A stretch of 64,000 bases of DNA from Caldisericia bacterium (GCA_017992555.1 JAGOOK010000002.1:21180-85179); one strand, 5' to 3'. Numbered from the stretch's first letter, positions 48,475 through 59,025 are shown. The notes: generated from the sequence alone by a model not told the origin. Made by a program: numbers and translations.

Positions 48475-49590
48475 TCATTCACGCATTGGGGCAAAAAACC
48501 TGGCGATAAGGACTGCCCCGTCAGTACCACGAATATGACAATTGGCCTTAAGAAATTTGCATGCATCAGCAACGGGAACATATAGTCTATCGTTTATTAT
48601 TGTGGGAGCTTCTGATAAATCTTTCTCGACACCATTTACCAGCACTTTTTTGCTATCTGCAGTGAATTTCAACTCAACAAGCTCAATTTCGGAACTTTTG
48701 AGTTGGCACAATCTTTTTATGGTGCAGGATTTGCTGTCATTATAAATCATTGGAGAAAAAAGCACTTCCGAGAGAAAGCGAATATCAATCAGCATTTCAC
48801 CGCTCATCTCCCTTCTTGATGTTAACGCGTTTTCGGCCCATTCGCGTTGTTGCCCGGCGAGACAATATTTGCCAGGCCCATATCCTGTTTGAAGATAGCC
48901 CTGGCCAAAATCATATCTACTATAAGATATTTCAGCCATTCCATCCAGACCAGGATATTCATGAATATTGCACAAATCGGGATTAAATGCCTCGGCCCTT
49001 GTTCTTTGGTGCATTACGCCATAGTATTCGTAGACCTCAAAATTGAAGTCATTGTCTACGATTGAGAAAGTGCCGTAGGGATATATTTTATCGCGCATGG
49101 AGCCTGCTCGATTGAAGTAATGATGCTCTGGAAAATCCAGTGAATATCTAATATATTCCCAACCCCTGTCGCCCAGGAAAATCCCAAGTGCCACTTCCTT
49201 AAAGTTTTTGCTATTGTTGCCAATCTTTGCATTTATCATGGGAGACAAACAGAGCAGGATTTTTTCAATAATCTTGGGATCATTTTGTTTGATTTTGATA
49301 GGGTTGCCATTTTCATCGAATTTTGGGGCTACAATATTTGTCCCATCTTGATCTTTTATCTCGAATTCAAAAAAAGTTATGGCTCCTTCATAATACCTGA
49401 AAAGTGGCGATGGCTCCTTGTACTCGATTTTTTGTGGCCCATCATACCCGTATGCCACAATATCAAAATACCTGTCGCGAGTGTTGAAATATTTTTCACT
49501 CAAACTGGCAGTTTTGCCGGCACCTGTTGGATTGAGCACAAAAAACATTGAAATTACAATGGCAATCAGAATACTTACAATTTTTCTCAT
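48475..49590 (-). CDS. secreted hypothetical protein, tandem paralog B
   Basis: It is alignable to paralog A throughout and ends ...CKFLKANCHIRGTDGAVLIARFFAPMRE. Confidence 0.5.
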   Translation of the reverse strand: MRKIVSILIAIVISMFFVLNPTGAGKTASLSEKYFNTRDRYFDIVAYGYDGPQKIEYKEPSPLFRYYEGAITFFEFEIKDQDGTNIVAPKFDENGNPIKIKQNDPKIIEKILLCLSPMINAKIGNNSKNFKEVALGIFLGDRGWEYIRYSLDFPEHHYFNRAGSMRDKIYPYGTFSIVDNDFNFEVYEYYGVMHQRTRAEAFNPDLCNIHEYPGLDGMAEISYSRYDFGQGYLQTGYGPGKYCLAGQQREWAENALTSRREMSGEMLIDIRFLSEVLFSPMIYNDSKSCTIKRLCQLKSSEIELVELKFTADSKKVLVNGVEKDLSEAPTIINDRLYVPVADACKFLKANCHIRGTDGAVLIARFFAPMRE

Positions 49591-49727
49591 CGTTCCTCCT
49601 GTAATTCCCAGTTTTTTCAGACATGTTTATTATAAGCAAAACCTTGCTGTTGCAATATCGAAAATATCCTCACAGTCATATATAACAAAACCTTCTAATA
49701 CTTTATGATAGTTTTTTAATCAGTGGA

Positions 49728-52709
49728 TCAATCTGTTTCTTTGTAACAGACCAGATTTTTACCCTCAGAATTGAAGATAATTCCATCAATGACGCATGGT
49801 GTTTTGAGCTCCCCAATGGGAATGTTAAAAGCCCCTCTTTTCCTTGTTTCTATAATTTTTTGCATATTGAGCCAGCCTGTTTTGCGCAATTTCCATTTTG
49901 TTTTGCCAGTTGATGCATCTATTGATTGTAGGTAACTGCCATTTTTTATAAAAATGCTGTTGCCAAACCATTTTGGAACATCATTTTCAAATCTATCTTC
50001 CCCAGATGTGCATTCCTCAAGTTCAGCATTGCCAAGGGGTTTGCCATCAAAAAACCATGAAAGATAGTTTTCGCTTATAAAAATTGTTTTCTGCCCAATT
50101 ACTCTTGCTTCACCTCTGCCTGTTGCTTTCCAGATAAGCTCCCATTTTTTCATATCAATGCAAAACACATCGACGAATTGACCTTGGTCATCATATTGCA
50201 GGTCATTGATAAAAAGATTATTGTTTTCAGTACTCCATCTCACGTACCAATTGAATTCTTTTTTAAAGAGAGCTTTCCCATTTTTCGGATCTAAAACATA
50301 AAGGTCAATTCCACCAGCTTTATCGTCACCATTGCTGTTCCGGTATATTATGAAACCATTTAGAATATCTGCGCTCAATATTATTTTATGGGATTTCTCT
50401 TGCCAGATAACCGATCCATCCTTGTTGTTTAGGCAATAAATACCATATGTGTCAAAAAAATATAGCATGGTGTCGCTTTCGTTTATTGCCTCAGGTATGC
50501 CGATAATTTCGAATGACCATAAAACTTTTCCTGTGACTGGATCAATTCTTACAAGCTTATGCTGCTTCGTTTCTTCTTTTTGAAAATCATCGCTGATGTT
50601 TATATCAGTTAAGTATAAATTTTTGCATTTCCCCTGCCCTAGATAGTCAAGATAAAATCTTTTTGTTTTCCAGAGAATCTTCCCCTTGGCGTCGTAACAA
50701 ACTGTTTCTTTCAATTCGTCTTCACTGCAATCAAATTTTAAAAAATATTTGCCATTCTTTATAAATACAGGAGTTACATAAGCATAATCTGGAACTTTTA
50801 CTGAAGAGCATAATGTTTTTCCTGTATCCAGACTGAAATAGGTTACAACGCGATTTTCATTGGACAGATATTCATCTTCTGCCCATGGCTCCCCGCCGTT
50901 TCTTTTCCATTTGAGTTTGCCATTTTTTGTATCAATAGATACCCATAAATCATCTTTGCCTTCAGCTTTCAAACGGAGAACCAGATTGACTCCATGCATT
51001 ATTACATCCTCTATTGGCATGTTTTTTGGGGCTACTTGGCTTAGTTTCAAGGACCACGCTTGTTTGCCAGTTTTAAAGTTCACAGACTCAATGGTTTTAT
51101 CTAGAGCTTTAAGATCAGATTTGATATTTACAAGATTACTCCCAAACAAATGAAAATTAAAACCCTCTGTTTCCCATATTTTCTTCAATTTTTCTTTGCA
51201 ATCGGTTTTTCTTGTTGTTTGGATGGCCAGTTTGATTTCCTGGTTACAATTTGTGGTCACCGTTATTTCCTCTGTGGATATGTCCGGTTCGTCCTTTTTT
51301 GCACAATATCTGACCATTATTGTTTTTTCATTCTCAGGATTCAGCGTTACTGATATTTCGCTCAATATGACATGATCGGAGGAGGATTTTAATGAACACT
51401 CAACAATTGCCGATGGATTGTCATTCTTTAGAACAAAATTTGCCTGTTCTTCTTCAAAAGGGCACACCTCAAGATTGATTGTGTCGTTTTTGGTTTTTTC
51501 CCAAAATGTTTCGATCTTGCATTTGCATGGATTGCAAAGAGAATATTTTGCAAAAGAATGTTTTTTCGCCATATAAATATTGTCGTTTTTGATTAGTGTT
51601 TTTTCTATATCTCGTTCCGCAATAGAGCTTAATTTCTCACCATTCTCTATGTTATAAATATAGATGTCATTTTTTTGAATGTATAAATATTTGTCATCCA
51701 AAGACAATATTTTCCCATAGGGGTTATCTATCTCCCACAATTTTTCCTCATTCTTGAAAGAGAAGAGGACCAATGATTCCCGTGAGTCGTAAACTATATG
51801 TTTCTCATTGTATACGATTTGTCTATCATAAAGCGTATCGAATTCTATGGAAAACTTTTTGAGACCATCTTCAGTTGAATAACATTCTAGTAAATTATCA
51901 TTTTTTGCCGCCAGAATCCATGAATCAGTTGATTGCATCCACAAGAGCAAATTCAGATATGTAATGTCTGAAAAATCATCTTCAAAACGAAATACTTCTG
52001 ACCATGCTTCTTTCAGGTTGTTGTTTTCATCAATATCAAAACAGCGAAGATGATTTTTCTTCCCGATGACAATCTTATTGTTTAATACTTTTATGGTATT
52101 GTAATCCAACCCCTCCTTACGAGTTTGTTTTATGTCGGGCGCTTTATTTGTTGAAATTGAATTTAGATCAATTGTTTTGATTTCGCTCCCAGATTCTGCA
52201 TCGATAAAGGTTATTTTTTCATCACAATACACAAGTAGGTTATTTCCTCTTCTTTCAAAAAAAGGATATGTTTTTTGGGGTTTAATTTCTTTTTGCCACA
52301 TTTTTTTGCCATCAAGGGTGTAGCAAATAACAGTTATATTGTTGGATCCCATTAAAGTCATATTCATTGCTACAACATAATTATTGATAATGATTGGTTG
52401 CCAGCTAACTCCAAAAGAATCGAATTTTTCTTTGCTAGACCATTTGATCTTTCCATTCTCAATGCACATTAGTGCATTGTCTGCTCCACCCCAAAAATCA
52501 TCATTAATTCCATAAACAAGTCCATCATCGGATACAGTAGGAATAAGACTTATATATTCCTCACTGCTTGTCTCCCAATCTTTTATTGCTCCTAGATCAC
52601 TTGCCGAGATTGGGCTGATGGTTTGAATTCCACACAATTGAAAAGTGAAAATAATCAAAATTATTTTGGTAATAAAACCTTTTCCTGCACCCATATCAAT
52701 CCTCCGCAT
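49728..52709 (-). CDS. very large (993 aa) secreted beta-propeller repeat protein (PQQ/BamB-like repeats)
   Basis: A signal peptide is followed by multiple repeats of the type ...YCLNNKDGSVIWQEK / ...ILWKTKR. Confidence 0.45.
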   Translation of the reverse strand: MRRIDMGAGKGFITKIILIIFTFQLCGIQTISPISASDLGAIKDWETSSEEYISLIPTVSDDGLVYGINDDFWGGADNALMCIENGKIKWSSKEKFDSFGVSWQPIIINNYVVAMNMTLMGSNNITVICYTLDGKKMWQKEIKPQKTYPFFERRGNNLLVYCDEKITFIDAESGSEIKTIDLNSISTNKAPDIKQTRKEGLDYNTIKVLNNKIVIGKKNHLRCFDIDENNNLKEAWSEVFRFEDDFSDITYLNLLLWMQSTDSWILAAKNDNLLECYSTEDGLKKFSIEFDTLYDRQIVYNEKHIVYDSRESLVLFSFKNEEKLWEIDNPYGKILSLDDKYLYIQKNDIYIYNIENGEKLSSIAERDIEKTLIKNDNIYMAKKHSFAKYSLCNPCKCKIETFWEKTKNDTINLEVCPFEEEQANFVLKNDNPSAIVECSLKSSSDHVILSEISVTLNPENEKTIMVRYCAKKDEPDISTEEITVTTNCNQEIKLAIQTTRKTDCKEKLKKIWETEGFNFHLFGSNLVNIKSDLKALDKTIESVNFKTGKQAWSLKLSQVAPKNMPIEDVIMHGVNLVLRLKAEGKDDLWVSIDTKNGKLKWKRNGGEPWAEDEYLSNENRVVTYFSLDTGKTLCSSVKVPDYAYVTPVFIKNGKYFLKFDCSEDELKETVCYDAKGKILWKTKRFYLDYLGQGKCKNLYLTDINISDDFQKEETKQHKLVRIDPVTGKVLWSFEIIGIPEAINESDTMLYFFDTYGIYCLNNKDGSVIWQEKSHKIILSADILNGFIIYRNSNGDDKAGGIDLYVLDPKNGKALFKKEFNWYVRWSTENNNLFINDLQYDDQGQFVDVFCIDMKKWELIWKATGRGEARVIGQKTIFISENYLSWFFDGKPLGNAELEECTSGEDRFENDVPKWFGNSIFIKNGSYLQSIDASTGKTKWKLRKTGWLNMQKIIETRKRGAFNIPIGELKTPCVIDGIIFNSEGKNLVCYKETD

Positions 52710-52750
52710 TTTATGTTCTTATCACCTACAGATTGTACTTGCAATAATTT

Positions 52751-53182
52751 TTATACAATATCCTTATCTTTACCGTTTTGGCTGAAATTCATTTCTTCAA
52801 AGATTTTCCTGGCGATTTGTCTGTTGGCCTCTTTAGTTTGCATCTTGAAAGTAAAGAGATCGAGCAAAACAAAAACAGAAAAAAATAAATTGAGTATCAT
52901 GTAGATTATTGCCAATGTTGAATTATCTAAGTTGTAAGGTGTTAATTTGATGTATATACGCACCAGGGCCGCTCCAAGATAAATAAATCCAATTATTGGT
53001 TTTCGGAGATAAAATTTATGGATTCCCAGTCCGCCTAAAAAGAAACATACCCAGAATGTTACCCAATGGTTGAGTCTTGATTCCAGATATCTGATTTTAA
53101 ACTCATCACGCCTGTCAAATGCAACATTTTGAATATTTTCATCAATAATTTCACTATCAATCCTATTAATGATGTCTTCCAT
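52751..53182 (-). CDS. TM2-domain membrane protein
   Basis: The TM2 signature GGLGIHKFYL lies between two TM helices. Confidence 0.6.
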   Translation of the reverse strand: MEDIINRIDSEIIDENIQNVAFDRRDEFKIRYLESRLNHWVTFWVCFFLGGLGIHKFYLRKPIIGFIYLGAALVRIYIKLTPYNLDNSTLAIIYMILNLFFSVFVLLDLFTFKMQTKEANRQIARKIFEEMNFSQNGKDKDIV

Positions 53183-53263
53183 GATTTAAATCTCCCCTTT
53201 TCTCAACAAATTAAAAACCCAATCTAATATTGGTGTTATGCAATACGATCATTTTGTTTTTTT

Positions 53264-53290
53264 CTCAATCCCGCTTGAAGCGGGATTGAG
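53264..53290. repeat. perfect inverted repeat CTCAATCCCGC-ttgaa-GCGGGATTGAG between the two TM2 genes
   Basis: An 11-bp perfect stem is flanked by a T-run (5') and an A-run (3'). It lacks a trailing U-tract on either strand, so it is probably not a canonical terminator. Confidence 0.5.
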
Positions 53291-53309
53291 AAAAAGGGCT
53301 ATTTTTTTA

Positions 53310-53776
53310 TTACAGGCCTGATGAAATTGTTTTAGCTATTTCTGTGTTGGCCTCTTTGGTCTGTTTTTTGAATGTGCAGATATCAACAAGAATCAGTATT
53401 GCAAGAACTAGGGCGAGCAAACCACCCAAGACAAAGAAGATGGAGCCAGCAAAAAGGTTCCCAAACATCATATTACCATAATTGCCACTCTCAAACATTT
53501 CCATCCTGAAACCGCTAAACATGCTTGCAATCAATACGAAGTAACCAATTATAAAGAATAAAATTGAGCCAAGGCCCATCCCCAGATAAACAAAACCAGC
53601 ATTTTTCTGGCCAAGATAAAATTTGTGGATGCCGTAGTATCCTGCGGCAAGGCATATGCCAGATTTATCCAGTGGTTTTTCCTGTGTCCATAATATTCAA
53701 CCTTGAATTTCATCTGCTGGTCTTCTGGCAGAGAACTTGCGTATTGCTGAATGATGTCCTGATCAATATTGTCCAT
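53310..53776 (-). pseudogene. TM2-domain paralog interrupted by a -1 frameshift near 53655-53668
   Basis: Two overlapping ORFs (53549..53776 and 53310..53579) align collinearly to the neighbouring TM2 protein. Inserting a single nucleotide near the ...HWINL codons (53655-53668) restores ...HWINLGICLAAGYYGIHKFYLG. Confidence 0.6.
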
Positions 53777-53916
53777 GTACCCTCCGTTTAGGTTAAGATT
53801 TATATTTTTATATTAGGGTCATTTTTGATGCTGTCAAACCTTATGCTTGAGACAAACATGTCAATTTTCCAACAAGTTAAAAACTTTTTTCTCTTCAAAC
53901 TGTCAAATAGTATTGC

Positions 53917-54897
53917 ATGGACAAAAATGCACGCGACCTCCTAGATAGTGCGGTTCTGCAAAAGGGCTTCGCGCAATTTGGTCTGGATCCAGGATCGGCC
54001 AGACCTTGCGAGGCCTGCGAAAATTTTGTTTACGACTACGATGGCAAAATAATTGCGAGGTTTACCCACTCAAGCCACAGGACGCTTGAGCAGGTGCTTT
54101 CCGAGCTCGATTTTGTCTCTTATCTTTCTTGCAATGGGGTGCCTTGCTCCAGTCCTGTTCTCGGAGTGGATGGCAGATTGGGATACAGGATTGATGCAGG
54201 AGATTCCTATTTTGCAGTTTCTGCTTTTGAAAAAGCCAGGGGAGTGTCTCCTTCCAGGGAAAACACAACAAAGGAAGTAATATCAAGGCTTGGGCAGGTC
54301 ATAGGGATGACCCACAGGCTGGCCAAATCTTATATTCCATCCCCGGGGATTGAAAAGAGACCACATCTTTTTGAAGATGAATACTACCTGAATCCAGAAA
54401 AACATTTCCTTGAGGGCGACATAGAGATGCTTCAGGCCTTCAGGAAGAATATGGACAGATGCAGGCTGATCGAAGCATCAACCGACAATTTTGGGCTGGT
54501 GCACACTGATTTCCATCAGGGGAACTTTTTTGTCGAAGATGGCGAAATAACGGTTTTTGATTTTGACGATTCGGCATATTTTTATTTTGCCGATGACCTT
54601 GCAATGCCGCTTTTTTACCGCATGTCCGGAGTAAGTGAAAACAGGGCCCAGATTGCGACAGAATTCTTTGCCAGCCTGATTGAGGGGTATAACAAGGAAA
54701 ACATTTTAAGTGCAAACCAGCTTTATCTCATGGGTGATTTCTTTGCTCTCAGGGAGACCCTCCTTTTTGGCCTGATTGGAAGGTTTGTTGATTTGCAGAA
54801 TATGAGTCCCGATAAAAAGGCCAAATTGATGGAACGGAGAAGCGCGATACTTTCTGGCAGGCCTTTCCTCGACATTGATTTCAGGCAATTTGCGTAA
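53917..54897 (+). CDS. aminoglycoside/small-molecule phosphotransferase-like kinase (APH family)
   Basis: Brenner-type catalytic motifs LVHTDFHQGNFF and VFDFDD are present. Confidence 0.65.
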   Translation: MDKNARDLLDSAVLQKGFAQFGLDPGSARPCEACENFVYDYDGKIIARFTHSSHRTLEQVLSELDFVSYLSCNGVPCSSPVLGVDGRLGYRIDAGDSYFAVSAFEKARGVSPSRENTTKEVISRLGQVIGMTHRLAKSYIPSPGIEKRPHLFEDEYYLNPEKHFLEGDIEMLQAFRKNMDRCRLIEASTDNFGLVHTDFHQGNFFVEDGEITVFDFDDSAYFYFADDLAMPLFYRMSGVSENRAQIATEFFASLIEGYNKENILSANQLYLMGDFFALRETLLFGLIGRFVDLQNMSPDKKAKLMERRSAILSGRPFLDIDFRQFA

Positions 54898-54956
54898 GGT
54901 TTCCAAAACATAAAAAAACTGGTAAAATCTTTCCACCAAAAATTGGAGGAGAGAAA

Positions 54957-55748
54957 ATGGACAAGGACAATTTAAGACAGATTATCAATGTCGTTGCCAC
55001 AGCGGCGATGATTTTTGTTAATTATCTTGCCAATGCACTCCCACTGGGTGGAAAAAATACTGGTGAACTTGCCGGTCTTTATTACAACGATCCGGTCAAG
55101 GTGTCCATCATCCCTTCACCCTATGCGTTTGCGATATGGGGGCTAATCTACCTCCTACTCGCTTTTTTTGTCGTCTACCAGGCGCTTCCGTCCCAAAAGG
55201 GAAATGAAATCTCCAGAAAGATTGGCTGGTGGTATTCTGTAACATGCCTGTTCAATATAATGTGGATTTTTTTCTGGCATCTGCTCGACCATGCATACTC
55301 CATTATTCCGATGCTGCTTTTGCTGCTTTCGCTAATAATGCTCTACCAGAAACTCGAAACAGGGAAAGCCGGAGTTTCGCTTGTGGACAGGCTGGCCTAC
55401 AAGGCACCATTTTCCATATACCTTGGCTGGATAACAGTGGCAACCGTTGTCAATGTTTCGGTTTTTATTGTCACGGTTCCATCGCTCCACCAGTTCTTTC
55501 TTTCCATTGCTTCTGCCGGAATCTGGTCGATCCTGATCTTGGTTGTGGCTACACTCATTGGCTCAGCGACGGCATTCATTAAAAAGGATTATCTCTACCC
55601 GCTTGTGCTGGTCTGGGCGCTTTTTGCAATTGCAATCAGGAACGATTTTTCTTCAATCATTGGCATAACTTCTATAATATGTGCATCATTGATGCTTATC
55701 GATTCAATAGTTGTTGTTATATTAAGGGTACGGAACAAGACGATCTGA
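54957..55748 (+). CDS. polytopic membrane protein, possibly TspO/MBR-related
   Basis: It has Trp-rich TM helices (AFAIWGLIYLL) and an AGGAGAG ribosome-binding site. Confidence 0.35.
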   Translation: MDKDNLRQIINVVATAAMIFVNYLANALPLGGKNTGELAGLYYNDPVKVSIIPSPYAFAIWGLIYLLLAFFVVYQALPSQKGNEISRKIGWWYSVTCLFNIMWIFFWHLLDHAYSIIPMLLLLLSLIMLYQKLETGKAGVSLVDRLAYKAPFSIYLGWITVATVVNVSVFIVTVPSLHQFFLSIASAGIWSILILVVATLIGSATAFIKKDYLYPLVLVWALFAIAIRNDFSSIIGITSIICASLMLIDSIVVVILRVRNKTI

Positions 55749-55884
55749 AGATGCATTGCTTGTTGTTATATAGAATTTAACCAGAAACCAATTCAAGCTT
55801 GATTTGACGATTTTGAAGGCTTGTTGACTGGTATTCTGGCAGTAATATACTCATTCACAACAATGTAACCAAGGAAGGTGTTTT

Positions 55885-58617
55885 ATGACATCCAGGTCTG
55901 TCATCAGGATCATGACGGTTTTAATGGTGTGTGCATCGATATTGGCACCTAGTTTTTCTGTAATCTCTCCTGGCACAGTTCAGGCGGCTATCAAACCAAG
56001 TTATCAAATTACTGCCTACACCATTGCGATGTCGCAAAACTTGAAGGATAACACCACCGACATTGTTTGCGAGATTGAATTCAAGGCCTTCCAGGACATC
56101 AAAAATGTTTACCTTTACATGGACCCGATATTCAAAGTGAAATCTGTAAAAGGATTGTCAGATTTCATCCAGGAAAAAGATCTGCTGATAATACCAGTCC
56201 AGGGCAAAAAAGACAAAACGTTTACAATTTCAATCAATTATGTTGCCAGATTGGCTGGAACAGAATATCCGGGCAGGGCATGGAATTATGTTGGGCAGGA
56301 TGGGATTTACTTTTTCCAGTGGTGGTATCCTGTAACACTCTTTACCATAGCTGCTGGTTATTCCGATGTTATTTCAATGAATATAACTGCCAATCTGCCA
56401 ATTGGATGGAAGGCTGCTTCTTCGGATATCATTTCAGAACAGATAAGCAAAGACAAAGCTTTCAATGAGATAAAAATCCAGTCCAGAGATCCATCCTTCT
56501 TCTACCATTTCATCGCAGGTCCATACGAAATACTGAAGATAGAAGATCCAAAGAAAGTTATTTCCAAGACTACATTCTTTGGCGCGAAGGACAAGCTTGA
56601 TCGTGGAAAAGAAATATCATCTGCGATTTTCGATCTTCTGGCATACTACGAGTCTGTTTTTGGCACCCCTGCGCCAAAAAATTATATGGTCATCCAGATG
56701 CCTGATAAGTTTAAAACAGTTATTGCTGAAAGGGCGTCTCTCTTCATTCCAACAGCAGCTTTTGCCAAGGTTGAAGAGAAGGACAAAAAAGACAAAAAAA
56801 TCCTTGATCTGGCCGATCCTGAATATCTGGCAGAAAGAGTTGCCTCCTCCTGGTGGGGTGGCACTGTATTCGGTGTTGGGCCGGAAGCCGAATTTCTTAA
56901 CACATCGCTTTCAACGTATTCTGGGATCCTCTATATAGGCCAGAAACTTGGCGAATCAAAGATGATCGAGATGCTGAGGAAGGCAAGAGTCGAGTATTTT
57001 GAAAAAGTGCAGCCAAAGGATGAAAAACCGCTTTCCTCAATCACCCAGGAAGACAAACTGGATATCTATTTCAGGAAAAAAGGCCCACTGGTGTTCCACA
57101 TGCTGCGCCAGGTAATCGGAGAAGCATCATTCTTCAAAGGACTCAAAAATTACGCAGGCAAGTTTGCTGGAAAGTTTGCCACCATATCTGACATCTCGCA
57201 GGAGTTGTCAAAGGCTTCTGGAATGAAGCTGGATTGGTTCTTTGAGCAGTGGGTAAATCAAGCTGGAAGGTTGACTTATAATATTGATTTTGTTCTCACC
57301 CCTGGTAAAAATCCTTACAAATACAAAATAACGCTGGAATCAAAAACTCCTTTCAAGATGCCTTTCAAGATTGATGTGATAATGACCGATCGAACAGTTG
57401 AGAGCTTTGACTGGGACCTCAATGATCCTGATATGGAAAAAATCCTTTCATCCAAGAAAGAACCTGTTGGAGCAAGGATCCACAACCCGGAAGGTTATAT
57501 TCTTACAGACGAATCAATAGTCAACACTCTAACTAAAGGCCCAATTTCAAACTTCTTCTACCTTGGCAATTTCATCATTGCAGAAGGAACATGGCAGGGA
57601 AATGAGCTCATGGTGAAGGCTGCCGATGCCAGGGCGCAGTTCTACAAAAAGATGCTAAAAAAGTATTACAATCTTGATGTGCCAATAGTTTTGGACAAAG
57701 ACCTCAATGCAGAAGATCTTAAAAAATATAATCTGATCCTGATTGGATGCACTGGTTGCAACAGCATCCTATACTATTTCTCGGACAAAATACCTGTCAA
57801 ACTGAACCAGGAAGGCATGCATGTTCATGACACAATGATTCCAAACCCAGAGCGCGAAGGCGTTTATATCGTTCCCAATCCTTCAAACCCGTGGAGTATC
57901 GTACTTGCAGATGAATTTTTCTATTCTACCGACAATTTTGATACGCACAATCTGAATGTTGACTATTACCTGAGGAACCTTAAAACAGGAGACTCTACAA
58001 AGGGTTATTTCCACAAGTTTGACAAGAACCTCTGGGAAGCCCCTGTTACACCTGGAGTAAAACTGGATTCTCCAAAAAATAACCAGATTGAGATGTTTGA
58101 AAACACATTTACGCTCAAGGGTAATGCAACAACTGACTTCTACATCACTTATAATCAGGGAAACCCCAGGGTATTTGGCACTCCACCAAACAGAGAATTT
58201 ATACCGGCAGGACCTTTTGAAAAGAAGATAGATTTTCTGAGGGGTAAAGAGTTTATAAATGATAGCCTTATAATTGACTCAAAGACCCAGTTTGCGACGT
58301 ATACCAGAGTGCTGAAACTGGATTTCAGGGGAGAGATTGAACCTCCGAAAATCAAGCTCCCGCAGGTTGTCAGAAGGTTTAAACTGGGCCAGGATGTTGT
58401 GATAGACTGGGAAGCAACTGACAATGAAACCTTCGAGTCTGACATTCAATTTGCATGGTCTATTGATCGTAGTTCACCAACCCAGTTTGCAAAAGGCAAA
58501 AGGGCGACACTCAAAGGAATTAAGGTAGGCAAGCACACATTCAAGCTTTATGGAATCGATGCCAGGGGCAATATCAATGCATCAGTTCCGCCAGTTTCAT
58601 TTGAGGTAGTCAAATAA
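55885..58617 (+). CDS. secreted 910-aa protein with M1-aminopeptidase-like region lacking the HEXXH zinc motif, plus C-terminal Ig/FN3-like domain
   Basis: A signal peptide is present. The segment EYLAERVASSWWGGTV aligns to the M1 HELAHQWFGNLVT region but has no His residues. Confidence 0.4.
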   Translation: MTSRSVIRIMTVLMVCASILAPSFSVISPGTVQAAIKPSYQITAYTIAMSQNLKDNTTDIVCEIEFKAFQDIKNVYLYMDPIFKVKSVKGLSDFIQEKDLLIIPVQGKKDKTFTISINYVARLAGTEYPGRAWNYVGQDGIYFFQWWYPVTLFTIAAGYSDVISMNITANLPIGWKAASSDIISEQISKDKAFNEIKIQSRDPSFFYHFIAGPYEILKIEDPKKVISKTTFFGAKDKLDRGKEISSAIFDLLAYYESVFGTPAPKNYMVIQMPDKFKTVIAERASLFIPTAAFAKVEEKDKKDKKILDLADPEYLAERVASSWWGGTVFGVGPEAEFLNTSLSTYSGILYIGQKLGESKMIEMLRKARVEYFEKVQPKDEKPLSSITQEDKLDIYFRKKGPLVFHMLRQVIGEASFFKGLKNYAGKFAGKFATISDISQELSKASGMKLDWFFEQWVNQAGRLTYNIDFVLTPGKNPYKYKITLESKTPFKMPFKIDVIMTDRTVESFDWDLNDPDMEKILSSKKEPVGARIHNPEGYILTDESIVNTLTKGPISNFFYLGNFIIAEGTWQGNELMVKAADARAQFYKKMLKKYYNLDVPIVLDKDLNAEDLKKYNLILIGCTGCNSILYYFSDKIPVKLNQEGMHVHDTMIPNPEREGVYIVPNPSNPWSIVLADEFFYSTDNFDTHNLNVDYYLRNLKTGDSTKGYFHKFDKNLWEAPVTPGVKLDSPKNNQIEMFENTFTLKGNATTDFYITYNQGNPRVFGTPPNREFIPAGPFEKKIDFLRGKEFINDSLIIDSKTQFATYTRVLKLDFRGEIEPPKIKLPQVVRRFKLGQDVVIDWEATDNETFESDIQFAWSIDRSSPTQFAKGKRATLKGIKVGKHTFKLYGIDARGNINASVPPVSFEVVK

Positions 58618-58618
58618 A

Positions 58619-58744
58619 ATGGGATTTGATGACTGGGCAAGATTTGTAGTCATAGGAGCACTAGGCATTGCAGTAGTTTTTCTTGTCGTGCTGCTAGTTG
58701 TTGAAAGAATCAAAGGCACCAACAAGGGCAAGCAAAAAAAATAG
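58619..58744 (+). CDS. 41-aa single-TM small protein co-transcribed with the upstream gene
   Basis: Its ATG lies 1 nt after the upstream TAA. The protein has a hydrophobic core and a Lys-rich tail and is followed by a terminator. Confidence 0.4.
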   Translation: MGFDDWARFVVIGALGIAVVFLVVLLVVERIKGTNKGKQKK

Positions 58745-58770
58745 CAAAAAGGCACAAGAAAGCCAATTAA

Positions 58771-58806
58771 AAAAGCCCAGAAACTAATTAATTCTGGGCT
58801 TTTTTA
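58771..58806 (+). terminator. rho-independent terminator
   Basis: The stem AAAAAGCCCAGAA-ctaattaa-TTCTGGGCTTTTT is followed by TTTTTAATTT. Confidence 0.8.
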
Positions 58807-59025
58807 ATTTGGGTAATAGAGTTTATCTTCCCAACCCTATTTCTTATCATTGTTATGAAGGAATTCTGATCTTTAGAGGAGTATTTAAATTCCCCCTAAG
58901 AAATTATTTGGAATGCAATAGACTTGTTTTGACAAAGCTAATAGATCTTTACCCCCACCCCAGCAAATCTTGTTTTTTGTTTGAAGCGAAACTGAATTCC
59001 CACAACCCCACGCCGCATGTGCAAT

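Noticed and set aside
53264-53290. Calling the CTCAATCCCGC/GCGGGATTGAG hairpin a rho-independent terminator
   Set aside because: The T-run precedes the stem and the A-run follows it on the + strand, and the reverse holds on the - strand. Neither transcript orientation therefore has a 3' U-tract after the stem, so it is kept only as an inverted repeat.
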